Virus record (IMG/VR): IMGVR_UViG_3300021368_000027
Location: 1-56,299 of that record
DNA length: 56,299 bases
Reading direction: 5' to 3' (one strand)
From: a virus
Lineage: Duplodnaviria; Caudoviricetes
Of this stretch, positions 6,208-14,184 are shown in pieces (within the stretch, counting starts at the first letter, position 1; each line of letters begins with the position of its first letter). The notes below the pieces were generated by a model. It was not told the origin of the DNA. It worked only from the letters and a program-made list of their open reading frames with translations, and ran no database searches. The translations under genes and the position numbers were made by a program.

Positions 6208-6351
6208 ATGCAAGAATATTATTTAAGAGTTATGGACTGTGAGACTGGCTATAGCGAAATGTGGAAAGTAAAAGCTAATAGCGAACAAGAAGCTATTGAC
6301 AATGTAGAAAATAACTTTGAGAATAAAGAAGTAATAGAGGAGGACTTCTAA
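6208..6351 (+). CDS. Small acidic early protein, 47 aa (not in track)
   Basis: MQEYYLRVMDCETGYSEMWKVKANSEQEAIDNVENNFENKEVIEEDF; RBS AGGAGGA; TAATG coupling. Confidence 0.75.
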   Translation: MQEYYLRVMDCETGYSEMWKVKANSEQEAIDNVENNFENKEVIEEDF

Positions 6352-6602
6352 TGAAAATACTTGAAGGACAAAGGTATGACCGCAACGGATTGTTTGCTAT
6401 ACCTGAGACTATTGACGATTTGACAGACCAACTAAACAGCCCAGAACAATGGGTTGCCTATGGACTGACACATAATTTTCTAGCTACTGAGTTTAACAAA
6501 ACGTTGGACAATATACAGAAAGAGCTTGACAAGAAATACATATTCCACTCATTATCGGATATGATAAAATTTGTAAAAGAATTGGAGGATGCTAATGTCT
6601 AA
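6351..6602 (+). CDS. Hypothetical early protein
   Basis: 83 aa ORF, RBS GAGGAGGA, coupled to neighbours. Confidence 0.75.
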   Translation: MKILEGQRYDRNGLFAIPETIDDLTDQLNSPEQWVAYGLTHNFLATEFNKTLDNIQKELDKKYIFHSLSDMIKFVKELEDANV

Positions 6603-7323
6603 CTACAAGCTACTTGGAGTAGGAACCAACGCCAAAACTATCAAGGGTGATGGCTCCGAATATCTCACAGCTATCTTATACATGACGCCTTACAAAGTTA
6701 TGGTAGATGGCAAGCTATTCAACTCATGCTCTATGGCTGCTATAGCAAGCTGTATTGAGGGTTGCTTATACACTGCTGGACGTGGGAAGTTTAGCAACGT
6801 ACAGACAGCTAGACAGCGTAAAGCTGAATGGTTCTATCGTGATCGTGTAGGCTTTATGAAGCAGCTATATCACGACATACAGAAGTTTAGTAACTACTGC
6901 AAGAAACGTGGCATACAACCTTGTGTCAGGCTCAATGGTACTACCGATATTAGGTGGGAGTTGATACCTGCAATGCCACACAACAAGATGAATATATTTC
7001 AGGAGTTTCCAGAAGTACAATTCTATGACTACACAAAGATACCAAACAGGAAAGTTGCTGACTATCCAAACTATCATTTGACATGGAGTTATAGTGCTGC
7101 TAATCCTAAGTATGAGGAATTATTCTGGAATGTTATACGCAATGGCATGTCCGTTGCTGTAGTATTCCGCAAGCCTGTCAACATGACTACATGGCGAGGC
7201 TACAATGTTGTGGACGGTGACAAAGATGACCTTCGTTTCCTAGACCCACAACAATCAATCGTTGCACTCTATGCAAAGGGTGCAGCTAAACATGACAGCA
7301 CAGGCTTTGTGCAAGATATATAG
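6595..7323 (+). CDS. gp88-like protein (Cys cluster, possibly radical-SAM-related)
   Basis: NAKTIKG, CSMAAIASCIEGCLY, VRLNGTTDI, FYDYTK, VDGDKDDLRFLD, AKGAAKHDSTGFV motifs; ATG 6595 after GGAGGA. Confidence 0.75.
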   Translation: MSNYKLLGVGTNAKTIKGDGSEYLTAILYMTPYKVMVDGKLFNSCSMAAIASCIEGCLYTAGRGKFSNVQTARQRKAEWFYRDRVGFMKQLYHDIQKFSNYCKKRGIQPCVRLNGTTDIRWELIPAMPHNKMNIFQEFPEVQFYDYTKIPNRKVADYPNYHLTWSYSAANPKYEELFWNVIRNGMSVAVVFRKPVNMTTWRGYNVVDGDKDDLRFLDPQQSIVALYAKGAAKHDSTGFVQDI

Positions 7324-7335
7324 GAAGGAGATATC

Positions 7336-7551
7336 ATGTTTATAATATTTGCAACTAAACCAACTCAGGACGGATGCAAAGGTTTCCGTTTCAACTTTCT
7401 TGGCAAGAAGGGTATCTACCGCAAGCGTAGTGTTATCAATCGCTATGGTAGGACACAAGGTAAGGTTATGACTGGCTATCACTTTGGCAAGCGTAGTCTA
7501 TACCTTGAGAATGCTGAAGCCTATCGCAAGCTGTACCATTTCGCAGGATGA
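7336..7551 (+). CDS. Basic hypothetical protein
   Basis: 71 aa, RBS AAGGAGA. Confidence 0.7.
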   Translation: MFIIFATKPTQDGCKGFRFNFLGKKGIYRKRSVINRYGRTQGKVMTGYHFGKRSLYLENAEAYRKLYHFAG

Positions 7552-7628
7552 TAGGACTGCTTATCTTATGGCTAGGTGGGATCATAATGTTTCTTAGCCT
7601 AGCCCAACTCATTCAGTACTTACATTAG
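7548..7628 (+). CDS. 26-aa single-helix membrane peptide (not in track)
   Basis: MIGLLILWLGGIIMFLSLAQLIQYLH; ATGA overlap, fills the gap. Confidence 0.5.
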   Translation: MIGLLILWLGGIIMFLSLAQLIQYLH

Positions 7629-7637
7629 GAGTGCAGT

Positions 7638-7778
7638 ATGGAAATAGAAATCAATGATTTTACAAATCAAGAAATTGATTATTTATCAGAATTAATATTA
7701 GAAAAATTGAATGATATGGGATACAACACCGAAGCATTCAGTTTTACTTTGTCAGTGCAATTTGAGGAGGATGCGTAA
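7638..7778 (+). CDS. Small acidic protein, 46 aa (not in track)
   Basis: MEIEINDFTNQEIDYLSELILEKLNDMGYNTEAFSFTLSVQFEEDA; RBS AGGAG; TAATG coupling. Confidence 0.7.
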   Translation: MEIEINDFTNQEIDYLSELILEKLNDMGYNTEAFSFTLSVQFEEDA

Positions 7779-8056
7779 TGGCTAAAGGATTTGACGTAAA
7801 GAATAACATGGCAGTGAAAGCACTAGCCAAGAAACTAAACATGGAAGTGGGCATGAGTACAAGCATGGCTGTTGAGGAAGCTATGACTTACTTGCTAACA
7901 TCATTCCACAAGAGAAACGTGGATAGTATCAAGGCTGCTGAACTTCTTAGATGGTGGCTCAGTGACTTCCAAGATGAGGAACTTGAATACTTTGAGACTA
8001 GAGTAGACTTAGCAAAGCAAGTTAAGCTTGTAGATACAAGGAGGAAACAAGCATGA
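7778..8056 (+). CDS. Hypothetical protein
   Basis: 92 aa, RBS GAGGAGGA. Confidence 0.75.
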   Translation: MAKGFDVKNNMAVKALAKKLNMEVGMSTSMAVEEAMTYLLTSFHKRNVDSIKAAELLRWWLSDFQDEELEYFETRVDLAKQVKLVDTRRKQA

Positions 8057-8475
8057 AAGATTTCGTAATGGATGACAAAACAGGAGCGAGAGTGTTCCGC
8101 AACCCACATCATGACTTTGACGCTAACACGTGGCGAGGTGTGCAGCAAGGTAACTCTTTGTTGCTACACTGGATAACACACTGGATAGACAAGCATGAGT
8201 GGGATGGTGGCAAAGTGTCACTCGATGGGTGGATGGAACTGCAATACGAATACAGTGCAGGTATGAAGCCCAGACCTATGAAAGGTAAGGTATGTGAGTA
8301 CGATGGTGCGTATGATAGTGAGGACGGTGACCCACCACTTCAACCACTACTCATGGTCAAGATTATATTGGATGCTACTGGTGGTGTAGGCAAGAGGTTA
8401 GTCTACATATATGACTATGGTATCGTGGCTATACCTATCATATCAGGTGGATACAAAGTAGTAAGGATGGACTGA
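8053..8475 (+). CDS. Hypothetical protein
   Basis: 140 aa, RBS AGGAGGA, ends EDGDPPLQP...IYDYGIVAI...VVRMD. Confidence 0.75.
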   Translation: MKDFVMDDKTGARVFRNPHHDFDANTWRGVQQGNSLLLHWITHWIDKHEWDGGKVSLDGWMELQYEYSAGMKPRPMKGKVCEYDGAYDSEDGDPPLQPLLMVKIILDATGGVGKRLVYIYDYGIVAIPIISGGYKVVRMD

Positions 8476-8669
8476 TGAAGATTGACTATCAATACGAAGT
8501 ACAAGATGAACTACCGCTTGACCATGAGGACAGCCTAGATCATTGGGCTAGACTACTGGCTGACCAAGAGGTAGGTGATGATGAAGAAAACTACGAGTGG
8601 GATTACCATTACGAAAACTATTGGATGCAACTTGACGCAGAATATAACTATGACATACTTAGACCATAA
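8475..8669 (+). CDS. Highly acidic, aromatic-rich small protein (possible DNA mimic)
   Basis: 64 aa, about one third D/E, many Y/W. Confidence 0.7.
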   Translation: MKIDYQYEVQDELPLDHEDSLDHWARLLADQEVGDDEENYEWDYHYENYWMQLDAEYNYDILRP

Positions 8670-8680
8670 AGGAGGACACA

Positions 8681-8863
8681 ATGCCTGAGTATAAAGTAAC
8701 TGCCACAATGGACGTGGGATACACTGCTATTATCGAAGCTGATACTGAAGAGGAAGCATGGGCGATAGCACGTGGTGACAGCATATCAGACCCTGACTGG
8801 GAAAAGACAGACGATGGACACGACTGGACATTGGAAAACATTTGGGAGGTTAAAGATGCCTAG
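8681..8863 (+). CDS. Small acidic protein with IEAxxEEEA motif
   Basis: 60 aa, RBS AAGGAGGA. Confidence 0.75.
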   Translation: MPEYKVTATMDVGYTAIIEADTEEEAWAIARGDSISDPDWEKTDDGHDWTLENIWEVKDA

Positions 8864-9101
8864 ATATATTATAGTAACGGAGACAATGTGTGGTGACAGC
8901 TACGAGTGGACAACTGATGAGGATGGCAACGAGGCTATCTATACATACGAGAGTGAAGAAGCTGCTGAGAAAGAGTTAGCTGATGATATCAAAGCTATCA
9001 ATGAGGACAGAGAACCAGAGGATTATGTACACAGGGATGAATACTTTATCCAAGAGTACACTGGTAACGAGACAGAGGAGGGCAGAGGTAATGCTACCTG
9101 A
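8856..9101 (+). CDS. Acidic hypothetical protein
   Basis: Start re-assigned to ATG 8856 (MPRYIIV...) after GGAGG. Confidence 0.7.
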   Translation: MPRYIIVTETMCGDSYEWTTDEDGNEAIYTYESEEAAEKELADDIKAINEDREPEDYVHRDEYFIQEYTGNETEEGRGNAT

Positions 9102-9360
9102 TGAAATGGAAGCTGAGAAAAACAGAAAGATAGTCGTTGCCCAGGCTGACGAGATAGATATATTAAAGAACAATATCAAAGAGTTACAAGAGCAACTTAA
9201 TGCTGCACATAAGAGGATAGCCTCACTCAATGAGGACTGGGGCGACATGCGTGACAAACTAGATTCAGCAAACAAGCACAATAAAAGCTTGACACAAAGT
9301 TTGTCCAACGCTTACGATGACATATCTAATCTGATAAAGGAGGACTTAGAATGCAGATAG
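9091..9360 (+). CDS. Coiled-coil hypothetical protein
   Basis: Start ATG 9091 (MLPDEMEAEKNRK...), heptad pattern. Confidence 0.7.
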   Translation: MLPDEMEAEKNRKIVVAQADEIDILKNNIKELQEQLNAAHKRIASLNEDWGDMRDKLDSANKHNKSLTQSLSNAYDDISNLIKEDLECR

Positions 9361-9557
9361 ATGAACTTAAACCTGAGTATAAACAAATCATACGAGAGGT
9401 AGTAGTAGAACTATTCAAAGAGGTAGCATCCAAGCAAACGTTTGGAGTTAGCGATGATGTGCTACAACTAGATGAACACCTACATGAATGGACTAGTAGA
9501 AAGCTAGACAAGTACAAAGTAAATGTGTACGGTGTATCATTACAGGAGGGTTTCTAA
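9351..9557 (+). CDS. Hypothetical protein
   Basis: 68 aa, RBS AAGGAGGA. Confidence 0.7.
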   Translation: MQIDELKPEYKQIIREVVVELFKEVASKQTFGVSDDVLQLDEHLHEWTSRKLDKYKVNVYGVSLQEGF

Positions 9558-9808
9558 TGCAACCACAAAACATGAGCGCACACCAACGTGTGAAGTATGA
9601 ACCAACAAGAATCAAACGAGGCAGACAGTGCAGACTATTTGGTGTGGACTTCCACAGTGTAGCAGAAGCTGCTCGATACTGGAAGATATCATACTCATGG
9701 GCTAAAGAACAAATTGATGAACGTCAAAACATGGACAGCTTACCCAAGAGATATATACACAAGGGTAAATACAGAGGACAATGGAGGACAAAACATGAAG
9801 CTGTATAG
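9557..9808 (+). CDS. Small HTH (NUMOD1-like) DNA-binding protein
   Basis: FHSVAEAARYWKISYSWAKEQI resembles the FxSxxEAA helix-turn-helix. Confidence 0.55.
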   Translation: MQPQNMSAHQRVKYEPTRIKRGRQCRLFGVDFHSVAEAARYWKISYSWAKEQIDERQNMDSLPKRYIHKGKYRGQWRTKHEAV

Positions 9809-10127
9809 GAATAGCGAAGGTGTATGGGCAGGTACACAAGCTGATGCACGTAAGATATGCGGCAAGACTTATAGCACTGTCGATGTACCAACCGACAAGC
9901 CTAACCTATTGAAGTTCCTTAATCTCAATCAGGTTGGCTCCTATACTAGTAACGGTAAGCAAGATACTATTACAGGAGATATTGATACCTCAAACAAGAG
10001 TGCAATGTCTTGGATACGATGGAGCCATGACCATATGTGCAGAGGACAGTATGAAGAAGCAAAAGAAATGTTAAGAAAAGGATTGGAGTTAGCTTTAAAT
10101 GATAGAACTACTACTAGCGATGGTTGA
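9795..10127 (+). CDS. Hypothetical protein
   Basis: Start ATG 9795 (MKLYRNSEGVWAGTQADA...VPTDKPNLLKFLN) after GGAGGA. Confidence 0.75.
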   Translation: MKLYRNSEGVWAGTQADARKICGKTYSTVDVPTDKPNLLKFLNLNQVGSYTSNGKQDTITGDIDTSNKSAMSWIRWSHDHMCRGQYEEAKEMLRKGLELALNDRTTTSDG

Positions 10128-10374
10128 GGAACAGAACCCTATCCATAAGTACTGCATGTCCAAGCATGAACACTGGACTGGCAGAGCAGCGTGTGTCCAA
10201 GAGTTACGACATGCCCAACGCAAGATGGAAGTAGAAGAACTACGACAGTTCTTGAAAGAGAACCCACACTACAGATACCCAGGCATGGCTTTGCCTAACG
10301 GAAAGATAAAACCTCTTGACGTTTGTTGGGGATCTGCTAAAACTTATGGCACAAACAAAGAGAGGAGATGCTAA
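10099..10374 (+). CDS. Hypothetical protein
   Basis: 91 aa ORF tiling with neighbours. Confidence 0.65.
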   Translation: MIELLLAMVEEQNPIHKYCMSKHEHWTGRAACVQELRHAQRKMEVEELRQFLKENPHYRYPGMALPNGKIKPLDVCWGSAKTYGTNKERRC

Positions 10375-10529
10375 TGAAGTATGAAGTATGGTTTGGACAG
10401 AATGGTAAGTGGTTTGGTTACCACACATTCAAATATAAAATGGATGCTGAACGTTATGAGGAACGTTATAAAACGGTATTCCCTAACTTAACTGTAGAGA
10501 TACGGAGGAAAGAGTATGGTTACTGCTAA
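10374..10529 (+). CDS. Small hypothetical protein, 51 aa (not in track)
   Basis: MKYEVWFGQNGKWFGYHTFKYKMDAERYEERYKTVFPNLTVEIRRKEYGYC; RBS GAGGAG, TAATG coupling. Confidence 0.7.
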   Translation: MKYEVWFGQNGKWFGYHTFKYKMDAERYEERYKTVFPNLTVEIRRKEYGYC

Positions 10530-10686
10530 AGTATTACCTATACACCAACTCATTAAGCAGACACAGCGTAGGAAAGATGACTACGAATGGGAAGGTGACT
10601 TCGAGAAAGCACTGCTTGAAGGTGAGTACTTAAAGTTATTAAAAGAAGATGAAGCAAAGGGGATTACATGGTATCCGAATTTCTAG
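10516..10686 (+). CDS. Small hypothetical protein, 56 aa (not in track)
   Basis: MVTAKVLPIHQLIKQTQRRKDDYEWEG...GITWYPNF; RBS GGAGGA. Confidence 0.7.
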   Translation: MVTAKVLPIHQLIKQTQRRKDDYEWEGDFEKALLEGEYLKLLKEDEAKGITWYPNF

Positions 10687-10769
10687 CTAACCTATTTCCT
10701 ATCACGTTTGCAGCGTTGTACTTTTTTGGATGGGTTTACTTGGTGTATGCACATGTTAAAGGAAAGTAA
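10668..10769 (+). CDS. 33-aa membrane peptide (not in track)
   Basis: MVSEFLANLFPITFAALYFFGWVYLVYAHVKGK; fills the gap up to 10772. Confidence 0.55.
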   Translation: MVSEFLANLFPITFAALYFFGWVYLVYAHVKGK

Positions 10770-10771
10770 CG

Positions 10772-11026
10772 ATGGACAAGATACGAATGCGCCTTTCGAT
10801 GATGTTACACATTGGTTGGGTTACCTATCTCGTAAGGATAATGATAGCACTAAGTGTTCTACTGAACGTGGTACTTGGTGGAAGATTAAATCAAACCTTT
10901 TCAGCTAGGAACTGGGAATGGAAACGTAATAATAAATACAATCTAGTGCGACCAATAGACACATTGCTAGGTGATGGACATTGTAGTAGAGCATGGTCAT
11001 ACTGGAAGGTAAGGAGGAAATGGTAA
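10772..11026 (+). CDS. Conserved small phage membrane protein
   Basis: LNVVLGG..NQTFSAR.W...IDTLLGDGHCSRAW pattern; hydrophobic N-terminal half. Confidence 0.7.
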   Translation: MDKIRMRLSMMLHIGWVTYLVRIMIALSVLLNVVLGGRLNQTFSARNWEWKRNNKYNLVRPIDTLLGDGHCSRAWSYWKVRRKW

Positions 11027-11943
11027 TGAAGAATATCCCCAAGCAGTCAGCCACCCTGACACAGATAGTAGATTTTTACTTGCACTCTGACGTGTTTCGT
11101 AGACTTTCTTCCTCCTCCCAAAAGGACTACGAGTCACACTTGCAAGCTGCTGTGCTGACACAGGTTGAAGGCAAGGCTCTTGGGGGTTATCGTTGTAAGA
11201 ACTTGAAGGTTCGACACATCACACAAGCATACGATCAATGGCTGTTGACTGGCACTCGCACTGCCAACTACAGACGCAGTGTCCTTTCCGCTGCGTGGAG
11301 ACATGCCATGAGGTATGATGTAATGATTCACAATCCAATCAGCTTAGTAAAGACTGAAGTACCTGAACCTCGTAGGGTACACTGGACACGTGAACAGGTG
11401 TCACTCTTTCTTGACACAGCTTACAGCGATTTTCGATGGCGCAGCATTGGACTGATAGTTCATATGGCATACGACTGGGGTCAACGTGTAGGAGATGTTC
11501 GGCTTCTTACATGGGATAGTTTAGACTTAAACAACTGTCGTATTGATATGACTCAGAGCAAGCGTAATGCAGAGGTACACCTCCCGATCTCTCATGGCTT
11601 GTGTTCAATGCTGCGTCAGCAGAAGGAAGACTTTGGATTCCAAGAGTACGTTGCTCCCAGGGTGAAGCCTAGAGCAGGTGCTTACACACCATATGACAAA
11701 GAAGAAATAGCTAATCTTATCAACGTGTTACTAGATGAAGCTAACCTACCACGTGAACTTACAGCTATGGATTTACGTAGGACAGCAGTGACTGAGATGA
11801 TGGAAGGTGGTGTTGACTTGGCAGGTATCATGCAAGTAACAGGTCACAAAAACACAGCATCAGTCAAGCCTTACATGGTGAACACATTCAGTGGTGCAAG
11901 CAAGGCACTAGCAGCGAGAGGTAAACAAGATGAAGATGCGTGA
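11026..11943 (+). CDS. int: Tyrosine recombinase / integrase
   Basis: GQRVGD (R), QSKRN (K), MDLRRT (HxxR box with His replaced by Met), TGHKN (H), VKPY (Y); N-terminal core-binding helices. Start ATG 11026 after AGGAGGA. Confidence 0.9.
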   Translation: MKNIPKQSATLTQIVDFYLHSDVFRRLSSSSQKDYESHLQAAVLTQVEGKALGGYRCKNLKVRHITQAYDQWLLTGTRTANYRRSVLSAAWRHAMRYDVMIHNPISLVKTEVPEPRRVHWTREQVSLFLDTAYSDFRWRSIGLIVHMAYDWGQRVGDVRLLTWDSLDLNNCRIDMTQSKRNAEVHLPISHGLCSMLRQQKEDFGFQEYVAPRVKPRAGAYTPYDKEEIANLINVLLDEANLPRELTAMDLRRTAVTEMMEGGVDLAGIMQVTGHKNTASVKPYMVNTFSGASKALAARGKQDEDA

Positions 11944-12745
11944 GTTTGTTGACAGTCTAGCTCTCAAAGATGACGAGAGATACAGAGGTGACTGCCCTCA
12001 ATGCAGAGGCAAGAATACTTTTACTGCTGCCAACATACTTGGTGAGATAAGGTACAACTGTTTCAAGCTAGGCTGTACTGTTGGTGGTATCTATGATACA
12101 GACATGACAGCAAGAGAGATACAACACCGTCTGAAAGAACAGCAAATAGCACGTGCATACACAAACATAAAGAAAGAGAAGGAGACTATGGAGATACCAC
12201 CCTATGTCGTGTCGCCCAAGGCACAACACACCAAGCACCAACGCTTTGTTAGACGATGGGGATTAGCAATAGCTGATACCATGTATGATGTGAAGGATGA
12301 ACGTGTTGTCTTTCCTATCAAGCACAAAGGTAGAATTATTGATGCTGTGGGCAGGGCTGTAGGTAAGAAGCAGCAACCCAAATGGTATCGCTACACAGGT
12401 GAGGCTGATTACTATATGCATGGTAACGGTAATATATTGTTGATAGTAGAGGACGTACTGTCAGCTATCATAGCTACCCAAGAAGTACCATACATTACAG
12501 CTATGGCTATACTAGGCACAAGCCTGAGTCCTAAACATATGGAAAAGATACAAGAGTACAACAGAGTTATCATAGCCCTTGACCCTGATGCTATTGGTAA
12601 GACAGTTGAGTATCGCAGAGAGATAGAGTTGTGGACAGGTAACAAGACCACAGCTATGAACTTACTAGATGATATAAAGTATAAGATGGAAGAAGATATT
12701 GACAAACTAAAGGAGTTATGTAATGAAGTTAGCAGTAACCATTGA
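11930..12745 (+). CDS. DNA primase (Zn finger + TOPRIM)
   Basis: CPQC...CFKLGC zinc site; IVEDVLSA, ILGT, LDPDAIG TOPRIM motifs. Confidence 0.9.
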   Translation: MKMREFVDSLALKDDERYRGDCPQCRGKNTFTAANILGEIRYNCFKLGCTVGGIYDTDMTAREIQHRLKEQQIARAYTNIKKEKETMEIPPYVVSPKAQHTKHQRFVRRWGLAIADTMYDVKDERVVFPIKHKGRIIDAVGRAVGKKQQPKWYRYTGEADYYMHGNGNILLIVEDVLSAIIATQEVPYITAMAILGTSLSPKHMEKIQEYNRVIIALDPDAIGKTVEYRREIELWTGNKTTAMNLLDDIKYKMEEDIDKLKELCNEVSSNH

Positions 12746-13001
12746 CGTAGACGGAGACATAATGTATGTACCAGAGGGTGCAGTGTTCGAGAACTTTCCC
12801 AAGCCTAAGTTGTTTGACAACATGAAGGATGCGGAAGAGGAACGTGCTAAGTGGAACACTGGTGTGATAGTAAATTATGAGACAGGTAGGTGTGTAGAAA
12901 AGATAAGATCATTCACTGATGCAGAGAGAGCGAGAGCAGAGGAAAGAGCGAGGATAAACAGCAATGATGGAACTAGCACTGATAAAGACTCTACTAGATA
13001 G
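12723..13001 (+). CDS. Hypothetical protein
   Basis: 92 aa between primase and helicase, RBS AAGGAG. Confidence 0.7.
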   Translation: MKLAVTIDVDGDIMYVPEGAVFENFPKPKLFDNMKDAEEERAKWNTGVIVNYETGRCVEKIRSFTDAERARAEERARINSNDGTSTDKDSTR

Positions 13002-14184
13002 AGAGTTCTACAATCAACACAAGGGGATACGTTGCCCTGATAAGATCTTTAGCAAGGATGTACGTAAGATTAAGCAAGCATTGGATACAGCGATGGAGAC
13101 ATATGACAATGACTTCAATGTATCTGACTTGCAAGCGGTGTTCAATCGTATCAATGCAAGCATGACCACCGCTACACGTACAGCATATGAAGATCTGTTC
13201 AAGCGTATAGAATTAGCTGAACCTATCAAAGGTGAGATAGCAGAGGACACACTGTCTCAGTTGTTTCAGCAGCACGTGGGTGACCTCGTTGCTAACCTGG
13301 GGTTTGACTTTGTGAATGGTGCAGAGAATAGCCTTGAACCATTACGTAAACTATTAGAGGAATACAAAGATGACTTTACTCCAAATCTTCGTGTCGAGTG
13401 GGATGATCATAGTCTTGATACTGTACTTGATGCAACGGCACTTGATTCGAAATGGGCATTCAATATATCCAGTCTGGCTCGTAGGGTGGAGGGTATCAGT
13501 GGTGGTCATCTTATTCTGGTTGGCGCTCGTCCTAATACTGGAAAGACTAGCTTTCATGCCTCACTTGTAGCAGCAGAGGGTGGCTTTGCACATCAAGGTG
13601 CTAAGTGTATTGTACTGTGTAATGAAGAAGCATACACACGTGTGGCTGCACGATACATCAGTGCTTCATCTAACATGACAATGACTGAGGTACGTACCAA
13701 CAAAGCCCTAGCATCCAAGCGATACCATCCTGTGTCTGAGAACATACAGTTCAAGGATAGTACTGGCAAGGGCATGGACTGGGTAGAGTCTGTCGTTAAG
13801 TACGAGAAGCCTGACATAGTTATACTAGACATGGGTGACAAGTTTGCTGACATCAAGTCAGAACGTTCAGACATTACACTCAAGGCAGCAGCTATCCATG
13901 CACGTAACATAGCCAAGCAGTATGACTGTGCTGTGATATGGATGTCTCAACTATCAGCAGAAGCAGAGGGCAGGGCTGACCTGAACCAAGCTATGATGGA
14001 AGGTAGTAAGACAGGTAAGGCAGCAGAGGCTGACCTGATGGTACTCATTGGTAAAACACAGCAAGCAGAAGGAGAAGAGGAAGACCCTATCAGATACTTG
14101 AACATAGCTAAGAACAAACTGAATGGCTATCAAGGTAAGATTACCTGTGTGCTTGACGGTTCAAGATCAGTGTACTCAGCATGA
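12964..14184 (+). CDS. Replicative DNA helicase (DnaB/SF4)
   Basis: Walker A GARPNTGKT, IVILD, MSQLS, IAKNKLNG motifs. Confidence 0.93.
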   Translation: MMELALIKTLLDREFYNQHKGIRCPDKIFSKDVRKIKQALDTAMETYDNDFNVSDLQAVFNRINASMTTATRTAYEDLFKRIELAEPIKGEIAEDTLSQLFQQHVGDLVANLGFDFVNGAENSLEPLRKLLEEYKDDFTPNLRVEWDDHSLDTVLDATALDSKWAFNISSLARRVEGISGGHLILVGARPNTGKTSFHASLVAAEGGFAHQGAKCIVLCNEEAYTRVAARYISASSNMTMTEVRTNKALASKRYHPVSENIQFKDSTGKGMDWVESVVKYEKPDIVILDMGDKFADIKSERSDITLKAAAIHARNIAKQYDCAVIWMSQLSAEAEGRADLNQAMMEGSKTGKAAEADLMVLIGKTQQAEGEEEDPIRYLNIAKNKLNGYQGKITCVLDGSRSVYSA

